This document shows, one piece after another, positions 1-13,167 of a stretch of 64,000 nucleotides of DNA. Under the pieces are notes generated by a model. The model ran no database searches. It was not told the DNA's origin and saw only the letters and a program-made list of their open reading frames with translations. Numbering within the stretch: position 1 is the stretch's first letter; each line of letters begins with the position of its first letter. The DNA lies in assembly GCA_047495785.1 (NCBI GenBank), contig JBLDXI010000038.1:844882-908881 (forward strand). Reading direction: 5' to 3'. The stretch is from Lepidodermella squamata. Taxonomy: Eukaryota; Animalia; Gastrotricha. Made by a program: the position numbers and the translations under genes.

Positions 1-1281
1 TACATTTTCGTATTGTCCTGTGCGTAAGACTCAGCCAGATACCTACAAATTTCACCTTAAATTGAATCTCTTATATCTTCCTTCGATTTTTTTACTTGAA
101 AGTATCATCATCAGGCGACTTCGAATAGCTACCCTGTGTTCTGCCGTCTTTGCTTTGATCGTACGGGTAATTTGCGACCAAATCGCCGTTGTGCATGTTT
201 GCAGACAGGACGAACGGGTGGTGTAAAAGCCATCCGATAACAGCTCGAGTTTCGGGTTGGAGCTAAAAAACACAACAAAAATACACGCGTCATTACAAAT
301 TGCTATTGGCATATTTTCAAGTCTTTAATCCCTCCGCGTCACACTTCCGCCTAGCGCAGCGTGAATCATTTTTCACGCAATCGATTTTTTTTTAAATGCA
401 AGTGGCGCAGCCCACGCACGGTCTCATAATTTTACACAGAAAGCATATGCGCGTATACGCTCATATCTAGTATCATCTGCCGCATAAAAAATCACGTCAC
501 CAAGCACACTATGCATGACATTATAAACAAACTAAGCAAATATAATTTGCCCTACACCAGATGGCCCTATACAAATATAACAAAAAGTAACAAAACGCAC
601 CGTGCTATTGTTGATCATCCTAGACTGGAACAGGTGATGATTTGGAGATCCGGCAATTCGCTCGTTCTTGAACATGATAGCATCGAGGTTAGGAAAATCG
701 CGATTAAGATCCACTTCGTTAGCGTTCGAACGACCAACTAAATAATCCGCGCGGCCTGTCTTCTGCAGGTTATCGGTGGCAATTTCCCATCCATCAGGGT
801 TCATCGACGGCATCAAATGAATGCGAGTGCTCGTAATGAGCTTGATGACATCAGGGTTTCCACCTCGATATTGGCAACATAACCAATGAGCGAGATACAA
901 CAAAAGTTCTCGCCCAGCCACTTCATTGCCGTGCATGTTACCAACGTATTTAAACTCGGGTTCGCCTGAGAACAAAAATTATGCCTTATAATTTGAAGGT
1001 TTAATTAGGTTGAAGGTGGACATACCAGTTTCATGAACTCCCGGTCGATCGGTAAATTCAATAACAAGAAGCTGACGCCCGCGAACAGTTTTTATGTTCA
1101 GCGCATATAACCTCGTGATATCAGGGCACATATTGCGGATAGCGATCAGGTACCCCTTCAACGAGTCGTAATCATGATGTCTGATGTCCAACTGCGAATC
1201 GCATTCATCAATCAACCTCCGTACCGGAACAGCGACACATGATGAAATAAATAGAAGGCAGCTCAGTAATAACAAATTCAT
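1..1281 (-). CDS. CPE: Carboxypeptidase E-like M14B metallocarboxypeptidase, 3' part outside window
   Basis: Signal peptide [17 protein letters not shown]; [22 protein letters not shown] zinc-binding motif; [13 protein letters not shown]; [15 protein letters not shown]; a later exon (~263-98) reads [39 protein letters not shown] introns. Exact paralogue (CPE vs CPN/CPD) inferred. Confidence 0.88.
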
Positions 1282-1665
1282 GGCCCTATCAACAATCAAT
1301 AGATGAAAATGAAAATACCGAAATTAAGTATACGAAAACTAAAACATTTCAACATTCCCATTAGGCAGCCAATCATTATAATTATTAAAGGATAGATGGG
1401 TTAATATGGGGAAATTGCTTCCCACCAAATAATATTTCCTAGTAATTTCTCGCAACGAGCAGCACGTGGTTAATGGAGTTAATCTTTCAAAATCTCCATG
1501 GCTTGAACCCTGTAATGACGCGTAGCAGTTCTGAACAGCAACCAGCAACATTTTTGTAACTAGCAGATATAAATAGCAAGAATAAGCTATTTGAGAAAAT
1601 CGGTACCTTTTCATCTTGAAAAAATTCTTATTCTTGCTACAAGTCATAGGAGCCGTTTCCAAATT

Positions 1666-1859
1666 CGTTGGTAGAAGTGCGCTCTCAGAGGGTTCCCTCT
1701 CAGATGGCAGATGGCTCAGAGGGCACCCCACCCCCAACCCTAACCATAACCCCTAACCCTAAAACTAACCCTAAAACTAACCATAACCCTAACCTTAACC
1801 TTTATCTTGACCGTCTGAGAGCTGAGAGCGGTCCCTCTGAGAGCGCACTTCTACCGACG
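1666..1859. mobile_element. MITE with internal degenerate (CCCTAA)n
   Basis: ~35-bp terminal inverted repeats (CGTYGGTAGAAGTGCGCTCTCAGAGGG...), AAATT flanking both ends (1661-1665, 1860-1864), telomere-like core at ~1736-1800. Confidence 0.85.
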
Positions 1860-1972
1860 AAATTGGCTCATAAGAAGCCATATATCACGATCAAGATCAA
1901 AAATACTCAGCTAGGGGGTACTTTTAAGAACCTAAATCAGCCGCTACATTGTGTATGGGTTAAGCGTAATGT

Positions 1973-2630
1973 GAAATAAGTAAGCCGATTTTCAGAAAAA
2001 TACATTGAAACATGGCGCATCTCATTCTTTTCTGCTTGGAAGCTACTCAAATATGAGTATCTGAAAATTCTAGAATACTCGCATATCACCTATGCCTGTT
2101 AAAGGTTCAAACAATACAAGACATAAGAACGAAAGAACAGGTGATCCGAAATCCGGCTCCAATCTACGGATTGTACAGAGGGGTGGCCAAACGCTGAGCC
2201 AAGGGAATAGGTATTACTGGCACTGGTAATTATGGGGAATTTTGCTTATATGGGCAATCAGTATCAATAAAAATTATATTTTATTGTAAATAATAAATAA
2301 TTATTTTATTGACCTTGACATATTGATCTACTTGGCGGGGGCGGTGAGAAATTTTAGAGGGGTCGACGTTTGCATGAATTTTTGTCCTTTCTTGCACCTG
2401 TTAGTTCCTTGTACCAAAAACAGCGAATCGCTATCGCAAACTTCATCCCAAGCTCTCTGCTAGCTGTCTTTCGTTCTTATGTCTTGTATTGTTTGAACCT
2501 TTAACAGGCATAGGTGATATGCGAGTATTCTAGAATTTTCAGATACTCATATTTGAGTAGCTTCCAAGCAGAAAAGAATGAGATGCGCCATGTTTCAATG
2601 TATTTTTCTGAAAATCGGCTTACTTATTTC
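1973..2630. repeat. 164-bp inverted duplication (1973-2136 / 2467-2630)
   Basis: Arms read as exact reverse complements; 330-bp spacer. Confidence 0.92.
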
Positions 2631-3089
2631 TAGAGAAAACACTTACAAAGAGAAAATATCCATGAAGTATGAAGTCCCGGGTAGTGTCTCCTTAACAACA
2701 AAACCTTATAATCTATAATCCCATGATTGCTGGACTACTTGGTTGTAAAATGAATGATGTTTGACTAATTTCCAAGCTAGCCTGGCAGATTCTGCACTGC
2801 TCTATTCATCGCTGATTTCATGAATCGCAAGGTTTATCTTACTTCCCTTTGGAGAGTTTCCCCCGAAATTGTTGCCATTATGGGCGGTAATAACTATTTA
2901 ATTAAGTATTGGATCTTATTTATTTATTTAAAAGCTATTAACCCCAAGAGAGGGAAGCTTGACAAAGTATAAGGAAAACAACATATAATTGCAGGACAGG
3001 ATCACATTTAGGGCAGGAAAAGTGTTGTAGAAGAAGCTCAACAAACAGCGAAAATACAAAATATTATTTTTAACTATGCTTTTACGACA

Positions 3090-3446
3090 TTACTGATGTT
3101 GAAATGTGCGACACGCCTTTGCAGCTTCGCGACACGCCTTTGCAGACTGCGCGTCGTGAACGATCGAAGGCATTTCATTCCATAGATGCGGGCCCCTGTA
3201 CGACAGGCTCAGCTGGCCGCGCTCGGTCGTGAGGGTCGGCTTGAACATCGGCTCGAAATTGCGACAGTTATAGCCGTGGCTGCGGTTGTTCAGCTTGAAC
3301 ATCGACTTGAAGTCGTCCGGCGCCATCTCGTGCAGGCTTTTCCAGATGAATGTGCATAGGTGTACTGCATGTTTCTGGTTGACAGTAAGCCATCCAAGTC
3401 GATGCCGAAGCGGGTTGGGATCTTGTAACTTGTTGGCTTCAATCAA
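3090..3446 (-). mobile_element. 3' fragment of a CR1/L2-group LINE ORF2
   Basis: LRHRLGWLTV...IWKSLHEMAP...SLSYRGPHLWNEMP is the typical C-terminal region of CR1/L2/Crack ORF2. Confidence 0.8.
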
Positions 3447-3898
3447 AGTTCACGTTTCTTTTTGAGACCGTCCGCAAGAAAGGGGAAGAAAATGTTTTAT
3501 GGTTTGTCCCGCAATGCCTTTCCGATTTTGACTGATCTCACCAAAATATTCCAAAGAGTCCGCTAAGAGTGTGACCCAGGTAAACCCGCCAATTGCTATT
3601 ATATACCTAACGAAATGAAGAGTCGGCTCCGCGGTCTTCCGACGCAAGGCAAAATCACTGGCATTTTGGTAGAACAAACTAATTAGTTCAACGATTTTGA
3701 TAATAATTTAAAGCATTGACAGTCATCGTCTGACCGATTAGATATGAAATGCCTGAATTTTACTCCTGTCTCCCGTCTTGGTGCGAAGACAGCTTTCTCG
3801 AAGCTAGTTAGTAACTTCTTTGAAGTACTTAGCTTCAGTACGGAATTTACGGAAAAATTGCTAAGTAAAATTACTATTTTGTTTAGAATTTCATTATC

Positions 3899-5771
3899 AT
3901 GAATCACGTTGGACTCGGCAGCAGTGGCGCTCTGGATTTGATCGAAGATGAAGATAGCATGGTTGCTGAGCAATCCTTACCATCCTTAATAAACAGCGGC
4001 CTCGTCAGCGCAGCTATTGATGGAATGAGCACAGGATCGCCAGATGAAGCTATGGCGTATGCAAGCAGCGCTGGTGACATGATCTTAGGTGCCGATCGTG
4101 GAATCCGTGAAAGCAGCTTTGCTGGGACCAATCTCGTTTCAAACGATTTTAGCATCGACCGACCCGTTTTAGATATAGAAGCTTACGCCTCCCAGTTCGA
4201 AGGAGTTGCCCGACTTCAGCGCTTGCTATTCATAGCTGACCATTGTCCTCCTCTTCGGAAAGACGCGTTGAGCATGGCTCTTAGTTATCTGCGAACCTCT
4301 AATTCCAAAAATACGAGGGCGTATGAAAACATTTCCGAACAGTTATTGCGCTGCGTAACTGCGCAGGCAGAGGGCAGCGGTGCTGTTGGTAAAGCCGCCG
4401 ATAGTTTGCCAGCATCTCTTGGACCCGTGCCAGATAAGACGTGGCTTGACGCTACTAAGCGGCAAGTTGAAACAACGCAGGCTCATTTAGAGGCGGATTT
4501 GAAGTCTTATCGAACCTCGTCTATTAAAGAAAGTATCCGTCGAACTTACGAAGAGCTTGGAACTTTTTTCGTGGAATGTGGTGACTACGACGCGGCTTTG
4601 CGAAACTATTCTCGTGCCCGTGAGAATGTGACCACTCCTCGTAGTTTGCTGTCAACCACCCTATCCGTAACTTGAACCCCGTTGCTTTTTGTGCTCAGTT
4701 GTTGAATTTTTATGCTCTAGGTTATCCGAGTAGCTGTTTATAAACAAGCTTGGGCTGTGGTTTCAAGCTTTTTAAGCAAATCAGAACTACACAGACGGCC
4801 AGATGAACCTTTAGGCTCGGCCAAAGATGAGGCTTGGTGGGCTCAAACTCGATGCCAGCTTGTTTGCTTAGCTGTAAACCTTCTAATCAAAGAAAACATG
4901 CCAATGTATTAACAACATTTATTTTAGGGACTGGCTGATCTTGTGCATGGTCGTTACAAGCAAGCAGCCAGAAATTTCACTTCGGCACCGGGGCAACAAG
5001 TTGCTGTTCACTCGACCGGTCACAACGACGCTCTGTCGAATGCAGCCGCAGTGGCTGCTGCTGCTGTAGACCCATGCTCAGGCTTTGCCGACCTCTTGTC
5101 GCCGAACTGCGTCGCAATTTACGGCGCAGTCTGTGCTTTGGCGAGCATGGACCGCTCAGAGCTCCATCGGATGGTGCTCGGAAATGCTCACTTTCGTTCA
5201 TTGCTTGAGTTGGAACCGGACTTCCGCGAAATGCTACGCAGCTTCTACGATACAAAGTACAGTACCTGCATTCAAGCAATGGACCGCGTTCGCGATATTT
5301 TGCGCCTGGACATATACCTCTCGCCCCATGTGAACCATTTGTACAATGAAATGCGCCGCAGGGTGCTTGTTCAGTATTTCAGTCCGTATTCATCAGTTGA
5401 TTTGAACCGAATGGCTGCTGTAGTTAGCTCTCCAGCAAGCGTGAATCAGTCAGCTGACGGCGGCGTGTTGGCTCTGGAGGCAGAACTTGCTCAGCTCGTT
5501 GTCGAAGGTCAGCTTTCAGCTCGCGTTGATACGAAGGCCAAGGTCTTGAAGGCGCGTGATACTGATCACAGAGCTCAAACCTTCACCCGGGTGATGCAAT
5601 TGGGTCACGAATATGCTCTTGCTGCCAGGGCTTTGCTTCTTCGTCACGCGGTAAGTACGGGAAAACTATTTCAAAACGCGAGTTGATAGCTGATGTTTCG
5701 CTGCTTGCCTTTTAGTGGCATGTAATCCTCTTATTCAGTATCTGACAACTAGGAAAAGTAGACATGGTTAA
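3899..5771 (+). CDS. GPS1: COP9 signalosome subunit 1 (CSN1)
   Basis: LDIEAYASQFEGVARLQRLLFIADHCP; LEADLKSYRTSSIKESIRR; YGAVCALASMDRSEL; LLELEP; PCI domain LVQYFSPYSSVDLNRMA. Introns ~4667-4720, ~4874-4927; last exon uncertain. Confidence 0.95.
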
Positions 5772-7162
5772 GGGCCGCGTGCAGTCTAGACTTCGTGTGG
5801 TTGTCACTCATTGATGAATTTCGACCATAAGTTAATTTTGTTCAATATTTTGTCAATTGGCCTCAAATTCACAACATTTATAATGGCTTCGATTACTGCT
5901 CTGTGGGGTAAACACCAGGATGATGATACCGAACACAGCACAGAAGATAACCTATCTTAGGAACCTTTGAATAAGTCTTATTAAGCATTCAGAACAACTT
6001 TATACCTAATTATTTGTTTTATTTCAAAACATTTTATTTCAACATTGGCTTGATTTAGTAGGCAAAGTAAATATTTGTGACAATTATTTGTAAAGAGCGG
6101 TAAAGAGGGTTCATCTAAAGTTTATGCTGCCTTTTAAACCAGGCAAATCCTATAGTTATATGAAATTCTTGCATTCTTCCTGCAACCTACGAGCGTTTCT
6201 TGTAAAATTAACCTGCCCCGGCTAAACAAAGGTATTTGCCGGAGTAAATTTACACAATTTGTCGTTAACAATAAGTACACTTGTGCATTGGTAATACGTG
6301 TCGTGCAGGGGGTTGATTTCCTACGTTTTTTTCTTTTGAGCGACGGCTTGTGGGAAGGGGTTGCCATTTTTAGTTTTAAAAGCGGCATTGTAAAAAGGCT
6401 ATGCTTGAAACCACTGAAGACTTTTGTATAACTCCGAAAGCGTGTTTAATTTGCACAGGCATTTAGAGAGGTATGGTAATGATTGATGATAATATGGCTC
6501 GACCACGGCTAAACTGGATATTAATGCGCGTAACTAGACAATATGGTCACATGATGATACTGCGCCAATAACTGATCTTTTACACATTGCTGTTGAGTGA
6601 CAATACCCATGTTCATAATATCAATTTTATCCTCTTATCTCAATCAAATTTTAATGGTTCTTTCAATTTTAAATGACAGCTATTACGCGCCAACGTATCC
6701 GTTCGAGTCAATTCGCCTGGGTCAGGTTCGTCACAGATGATTGTCGACCACCAGCAACTGACATCTCATTCTGTCGAAGCTGCTGTTGCCGCGGGTATGG
6801 GTGGTGGCGCATCTTCATCTCAGCGACACTACAGGCCATAACAGCGGATCCACCGTTGCACCTTGGAATAAATACCTGTACTATTCTTGAAAGTTGTGAT
6901 GCCAGATTATATGATAACAATGCTTCAAAATGCGGTGAAATTTTCCATATTAAATACTTGTCTGAGCCACGTTAAAAAACGCGCGCTTTTTCATTTTCAT
7001 TTGACGAAGGATCTTGAAGTCAGTAAAACATAGGTTGCTTATTTTTAACGTGTTTCTCTAATCTTGGCAATATTTCGTGCATAGAATCTCATTATTTTAT
7101 ACGACGAAGCACGAGACCTCCGGTTTGTTCCGCCATTCTGCCCTGAATCTCAACAGTATTCT

Positions 7163-10045
7163 ATGGACAACGCGAATAACCGATCATCGCCTCCTGGCTC
7201 TAGCAACGGCAAGCGCATCGTGCCTGATCTCATGGCAGGCACACCGACTGTACGTCCCATTAACATATTCTATGATATTACACTATCTCTGCAATGATAA
7301 GCGCGTTATAAGCCTGCACATGCGTTCAAGCGATTAGGTAATTTCAAACTTGCCAACATTGACAATTTGACCTAGATATGTATGGGGGACGTTGTCAGTA
7401 ATTGACGATGTACTTGGGAGAGACTCTGGTTTTCTTAATCGGAATCGCACCGCGCTCCGTGCTTCCGAAGGCGTGCACATCATTTTGCGTGTAGTGATAA
7501 CTCTTATCTGCGGAACAGCTTACTTGCATTATGTATATCGTTATCGTAGTTCGTGGGTGCCAGGCGCGTTAACAGCTGGCAACCGCCGGCACCTGATACT
7601 GTTTCTCCCGGGGTTTAAATGCCTACTCGAAAACACGCCACTTCAGTAGCCCTATTTTGCTTGTGAAGTTTGCATCCGCCATTCATTGAAAACCTTTCGT
7701 ATCTCTCCTCATTTATTGCTTTCATTTCCAGATGGGTCCAGTGTTTCGGACATCGCACAAGGTGACTATGATTAAGCCTAGTTGCGAAGTTTCTTAATTT
7801 CTTGCGGCAGGTAACTCGCGCCAATCGGGCGAAAGCCCTGGCTGCATGGCACGGACGCAATGATGTACCTTTTCGCGGTTGCACTATTTGGCTAACTGGT
7901 CTCTCCGGAGCTGGAAAAACCACGCTTTCTATGGTAATAACTATTCAATCTCGTGTAATGATGAAATTTCACGGAGACTGGTGTTTTCTTCTCATCTAGG
8001 CGCTTGAAGATTTTTTGGTATCGCGAGGAGTAGCTAGTTACAGCCTTGACGGTGATAACGTTAGAACTGGCCTGAATAAAAACCTTGGATTCACTGCTGC
8101 CGACCGTGAAGAAAACATTCGACGCGCTGCTCAAGTGTCCAAGCTGTTCGCTGACGCCGGCCTTGTATGCATTACTTCGTTCATTTCACCGTACGCCAAA
8201 GACCGCCAACTGGCCCGAGAAACGCATGCTGAAAATAATGCCAAATTTTTCGAAGTCTATGTGAGCACACCCCTTGAAGGTAATCCGCTTTCAACCTCCC
8301 ACTCTTGCCGCTTTACTTATGTTTCCGTTCAGTTTGCGAGAAGCGTGATCCGAAGGGGTTGTATGTTCGGGCCCGCGCTGGTTTGTGGTTTTCGCTTTCT
8401 GCTGTTGTTGTATCTTCTACCTACATTTTCAGGCGAGTTGAGGGGTTTCACGGGCATCGACGCTGCCTATGAGCCACCTGCGAATCCTGGTGGGTAGATT
8501 CATCCAATTTGTTGTCCGTTAACATGAAATTACTTCCATCACAGATATAACCCTGCCCACGCAGGAGATGAGCGTGTATGACTGTGTTCACGAAGTCGTG
8601 AAAATGCTTGTCAAGCAGCACGTGTTGCCACCAACATTATTGAACGTTGTTGACGAACTTTTTGTGCCCGAAGACGCTCTACCTAGCGCAATTGAAGAAG
8701 CCAAGAAGCTGCCGGCTCTTGCTATTAGCGAAGTTGACGTCCAATGGATTCAGGTTATTGCCGAGGGGTGGGCGTCGCCACTCAAGGGTTTCATGACCGA
8801 ACGCCAGTATTTACAATGCCTTCACTTCGGAGCGCTGCTCGATGACGAGTGGGGAGGTTTTTCGAGTCTCACCGTTCCTATCACGTTAGTAATTGAACAG
8901 ACTGAAATTTTGAAACGACTAAAGCTCAGACATTTTCAGGCTTGCCGTCTCCACTGAGGATAAGGTTCGCCTAGCTGATGCGGAGGCTATTGCCCTCACG
9001 TACAAATTCCCAGGCACTGACGAGAGTCGCATTGTTGCTGTGCTTCGCAAACCCGAATTTTACGAACATCGCAAGGAAGAGCGATGCTGTCGCGTTTTTG
9101 GCATCAATCACCCGGGCCACCCTGGCGTCAAGTTGGTGCTGGACTCCGGCGATTGGCTGATTGGCGGCACCATTGAAGCTCTGGGCCGTATTACGTGGAA
9201 CGACGGTCTCGACAAGTTCCGTTTGACTCCGAACGAACTGCAAGCGAAATTCCGCCACATGGACGCTGATGCCGTTTTTGCATTCCAACTGCGCAACCCT
9301 GTCCACAACGGGCACGCACTGCTGATGGCAGAGACACATAAGCAATTGTTGGCTGACAAAAGAGCGTTCAAAAAGCCAGTGCTTCTGCTACATCCTCTCG
9401 GTGGCTGGACCAAGGACGACGACGTGCCCCTGGACGTGAGAATGCGTCAACATGAAGCGGTGCTCGATGCCGATATGGATGGGCTGCGTCGCGACCAGAC
9501 TGTTCTCGCCATCTTCCCATCTCCAATGCTTTATGCTGGCCCGCGCGAGGTACAGTGGCACTGCCGTACTCGAATGATTGCCGGCGCGTCTTTCTATATT
9601 GTTGGACGAGATCCTGCGGGTGTGCCTCATCCGGTATGTCGCATCAGTGTTACGACTGGGTAATTTATTCACCTACATTTTCTTGTTTCACCAGGCTGAC
9701 AAAAGCCGGGATCTTTACGAACCGACTCACGGTGCTAAGGTTTTGTCTATGGTAACTTTGATAGTCCTTCAATTTTGAAGCAGTCTGAATTGAAATGTCA
9801 AATATATTTAGGCCCCTGGACTAGATTCGTTGGAAATTGTTCCATTCCGCGTTGCTGCTTACGATCGGACGACGCAGCAAATGGCGTTATTCGACCCCAA
9901 ACGCCCGGGCGACTTTGATTTCATCAGTGGTACTAAGATGCGCGCTCTTGCTCGCGGTGGCATCGATCCTCCAAATGGCTTTATGGTTCCTGCAGCTTGG
10001 AAAGTTCTGGCTGAGTATTACAAATCATTGGCATCCCAAGCGTGA
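7163..10045 (+). CDS. PAPSS: Bifunctional PAPS synthase (APS kinase + ATP sulfurylase)
   Basis: [19 protein letters not shown]-loop; [16 protein letters not shown]; [15 protein letters not shown]; [17 protein letters not shown]; FISGTKMR. Start codon and first two exons inferred from splice signals. Confidence 0.96.
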
Positions 10046-10558
10046 AGATCTTTATTTCGATGCCGGTTGTGACTGAAGCATTCCAACAGCTGCGTGATAG
10101 ACACTTCGATCCGTTTTGACTTTTGACTGACATGTAGCCAAGTGCACAAGAATTACGCTATACGCTATTTATTGTGGTATTTATAACCCACGACTCTTTT
10201 TGAGACAGTTCTTATTGCTATCTCTGCACGTAACATTGTTTATGATTTCAGCAAATTATTTGGAACGAAAAAGGCTCGTGCTTTAATATGCACTGAGTCA
10301 TTTGAAACGATTTATCTCTTATTTATGCAATAATTCAAGTGATCGATACATCGAATGGAATAAATAATAATTTTAAAAATGCTATGATATTTTACTCCCA
10401 CCTCTTGCTGATTGAAAAGAAAAGTCGCTTTATCCATTGCATGATTAATTTTTCGGTATGCACTAACGTCTAATCCTTTCAGCACAGTGAAAACCCAACA
10501 TTTCGGCCGAAGCCGATCAATCAGTGCTTAAATTCTAATGATGAACCCGTTCCTCGTG

Positions 10559-10709
10559 TCTCTCTTCCTCTTCCCTCTCTGTTCTTCCTTCTCTATCTCC
10601 CATCTTCCGTCTACTCTTCCATATCTTCCAAAAGGAAGAAGATGAAGAAGGAAAAAGGGAAGAGAAGACGGGAGAATAGGAAGAATAAGAGAGGGAAGAG
10701 GAAGAGAGA
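10559..10709. repeat. Polypyrimidine/polypurine imperfect palindrome
   Basis: TCTCTCTTCCTCTTCCCTCTCT (10559-10580) is the exact reverse complement of 10688-10709; left half C/T, right half G/A. Confidence 0.8.
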
Positions 10710-10770
10710 TCTTATTTCTATGTAAACGCTAGAATTTTTAATCTTTAATTATCGAGTCAAGTCCTCGCCA

Positions 10771-13167
10771 ATGTATTCAGTGAAACCAGTAGTAGTGCCG
10801 TTCGAGAAACTCGAAAATCCTCCGAATATATATCACATGCGAAGCTATCATGACAATGCAACTTCCCGTGCGAAAGGCGTTGATACTCAGGATATCGTTG
10901 TTAGACAGAGTGCTGTTATCGAACGACTGGAAAACTTGACCGATCGCATCAAGAAAGCCTGTCAAGCCAAAGGGTATGCTTACGAGCATGCGAAGTCGAA
11001 TTTAGCACTAATTGTGACCATTTTAAGGATTCCCGATGAGCTTCTAGCTTTGCTTGGCCAACCAACATGCTCGAGCGAATCAGCAAATCATAACGAGATC
11101 AAATTAATTTCTAAGAAGTCGAAGCCGTCGCTAGCAACCAGGTAACCGTTTAACTGTTAAAGTTGAACGCTGGTAATCAATATTTTGATTTCAGTCCGCA
11201 TCAGTTTGACGGATACATTGAAATAGTTTGCCACGCTGTAAACATGCCGTTTTCGATTCTAGGTGAGTTTCAGTATTCAATGAATATTTAGCTATTGAGT
11301 GAAGTCAGTGAGTGTTAAGCTACATAGCGTAGAATGGGGTGACTGGGCCTATCAAAAATCGAATATGGCAAAACGAAGACCACAAGAGTAGGTACCGTTG
11401 CCAGGTGATCATTCGTTTCAGTTTTTATTGTTGCAATCTAAGCTACGTTCTTCCGAAGTGGGTTTATTAAGGCTTCGAGATCGGCTCATATATCGCCCTT
11501 AGCTGGCTCACGGTCATTCCACATCCATATGCCATATCCATTTGTGAATAGGGAGTGGTACTTCTTGCCACCAGATTTGGGTTTTCTGCCATGGGATTAG
11601 GGTTTTCCGGCACCAAATATGAAAATCCAAAAATTGCCACTAAATTGAGGTTTCTTGCCACCAAATTGGTCTTTATACCACTGAAACGAGGCTTGCCACC
11701 AATTTAGGGTTTCTTGCCACCAATTTAGTTTTCTTCCCAAAATCAAGAACTGAAGCAACTTTAACAAGATCACGGATTAAAATTTCGGTGCCGAAGTAGC
11801 GTTAGCCACTCGACCACGAATGGCCAGGCCATCCAGAACAACGGATCAGTACTTCTTATCAATCGGCTTGGAACCATGCTTGTGCCCCATCATGAGAACA
11901 TGCTTACAAACCTACAAAAATTACAGATAGTTAACAGATAGACTTCGCCCACTTTGCAGCCTCTTTTAAGCTGGCAAAACGCGTATCGAACGTTTGATAA
12001 TTTTTTAGGCTGCCCCTTTTCCGGCGCGTTTAACGGGCTTAGGTGTAACTTCTGACTCTTGAGATTCCTCTGATGTAGCTGGCTGAATGTTGTCTGATAA
12101 GAGGCGGAGAAGAGACTAAAGCAGGCGACGCCGGAGAAATGGACGGCGAGGCTTTTAATTGTAATCGCTTTCTCCCCATCAAGTAACATGTTGATTCGAA
12201 AGTAAGTTAGGTATTTGTGTTAAAATTCGAATCGTGTAGCAATTTGTGTTGAGGAATTTTCATTGAACTAAAGATTCTTCTAGACGCGTCTTACAATCGC
12301 CGGAAAAGGACGCCAAACGATCGCGCGTATTGTTACGTTCAAGTCTTACCACGCGCCGCTTCTCTAAACGAGCAAAATACTCAGTTTCAGCATTTTTAGT
12401 GGCAAGAAACCCCAAATTGGTGGCAAGAAACCCTAAATTGGTGGCAAGCCTTGTTTCAGTGGTACAAATACCAATTTGGTGGCAAAAAACCTCAATTTAG
12501 TGGCAATTTTTGGATTTTCATATTTGGTGGCAGAAAACCCAAATTTAGTGGCAGAAAGTCCAAAATTAGTGGCAGAAAGCATTTCTCCCATATTTAAGTG
12601 ATTTTTCGCCACAGCATTATCTGATTGGATTGCAATCAATGCCAACCTGGAAATTTTACTGTACGCCCATTCGTCACTGCTTAATGCTGGCACGGCTGAT
12701 TCCCGCAAAATGGAATTAGCTCTGAAAAAGCTTGGCAACAGAGTTGCTTTTACAAATGAATCATCTAAACTTCGGCTGACGGTTCGCATAATTCTTCATG
12801 ATATCAATTCGAACGGTATAGTTTCTTTATTCGAATACGTCATGAAACAATTCATTATGTAATTGAAGCAGAATCTCGCAAACGATTCGAAATTTCGCCT
12901 GTGTTATTTTCTGTCACCGATTATTCGCGGAATCAAACGTCCAGCGAATTGGCCGGTGAAACTATATTATATAGATCCATGTTGCGTTTGTGTGGATACC
13001 TACCGGACGATGCCTTGGTCTCAGAGATGACTGAATTTTCGAAAGCTGCTGGCGACTTGCTGTTCGCCTCTTCTAAAACAATCAAATCATTTAAACCGTT
13101 GAATCAGCCTGAATCTCATACGTCATGTGCGACTTCACTTTTAAAGTCCTTGCAAGCTGCTGTTTGA
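10771..13167 (+). CDS. AIMP2: Aminoacyl-tRNA synthetase complex scaffold AIMP2/p38/JTV-1
   Basis: N-terminus MYSVKP...IYHM; leucine-zipper-like RQSAVIERLENL; YAHSS and GETILYR motifs. Exons 10771-10973, 11028-11141, 11195-11262, 12615-12815, 12872-13167 splice in frame (293 aa). Confidence 0.75.
11551..12589. mobile_element. Foldback-type non-autonomous DNA transposon in AIMP2 intron 3 (PIF/Harbinger-like ends)
   Basis: ~180-bp TIRs built of ~20-bp TTGCCACCAAATT subrepeats; GGGAG...CTCCC termini; ATA on both flanks. Confidence 0.8.

Noticed and set aside
6708-6839. Short minus-strand ORF with RHHPY (PY-NLS-like)
   Set aside because: About 43 codons with no independent support
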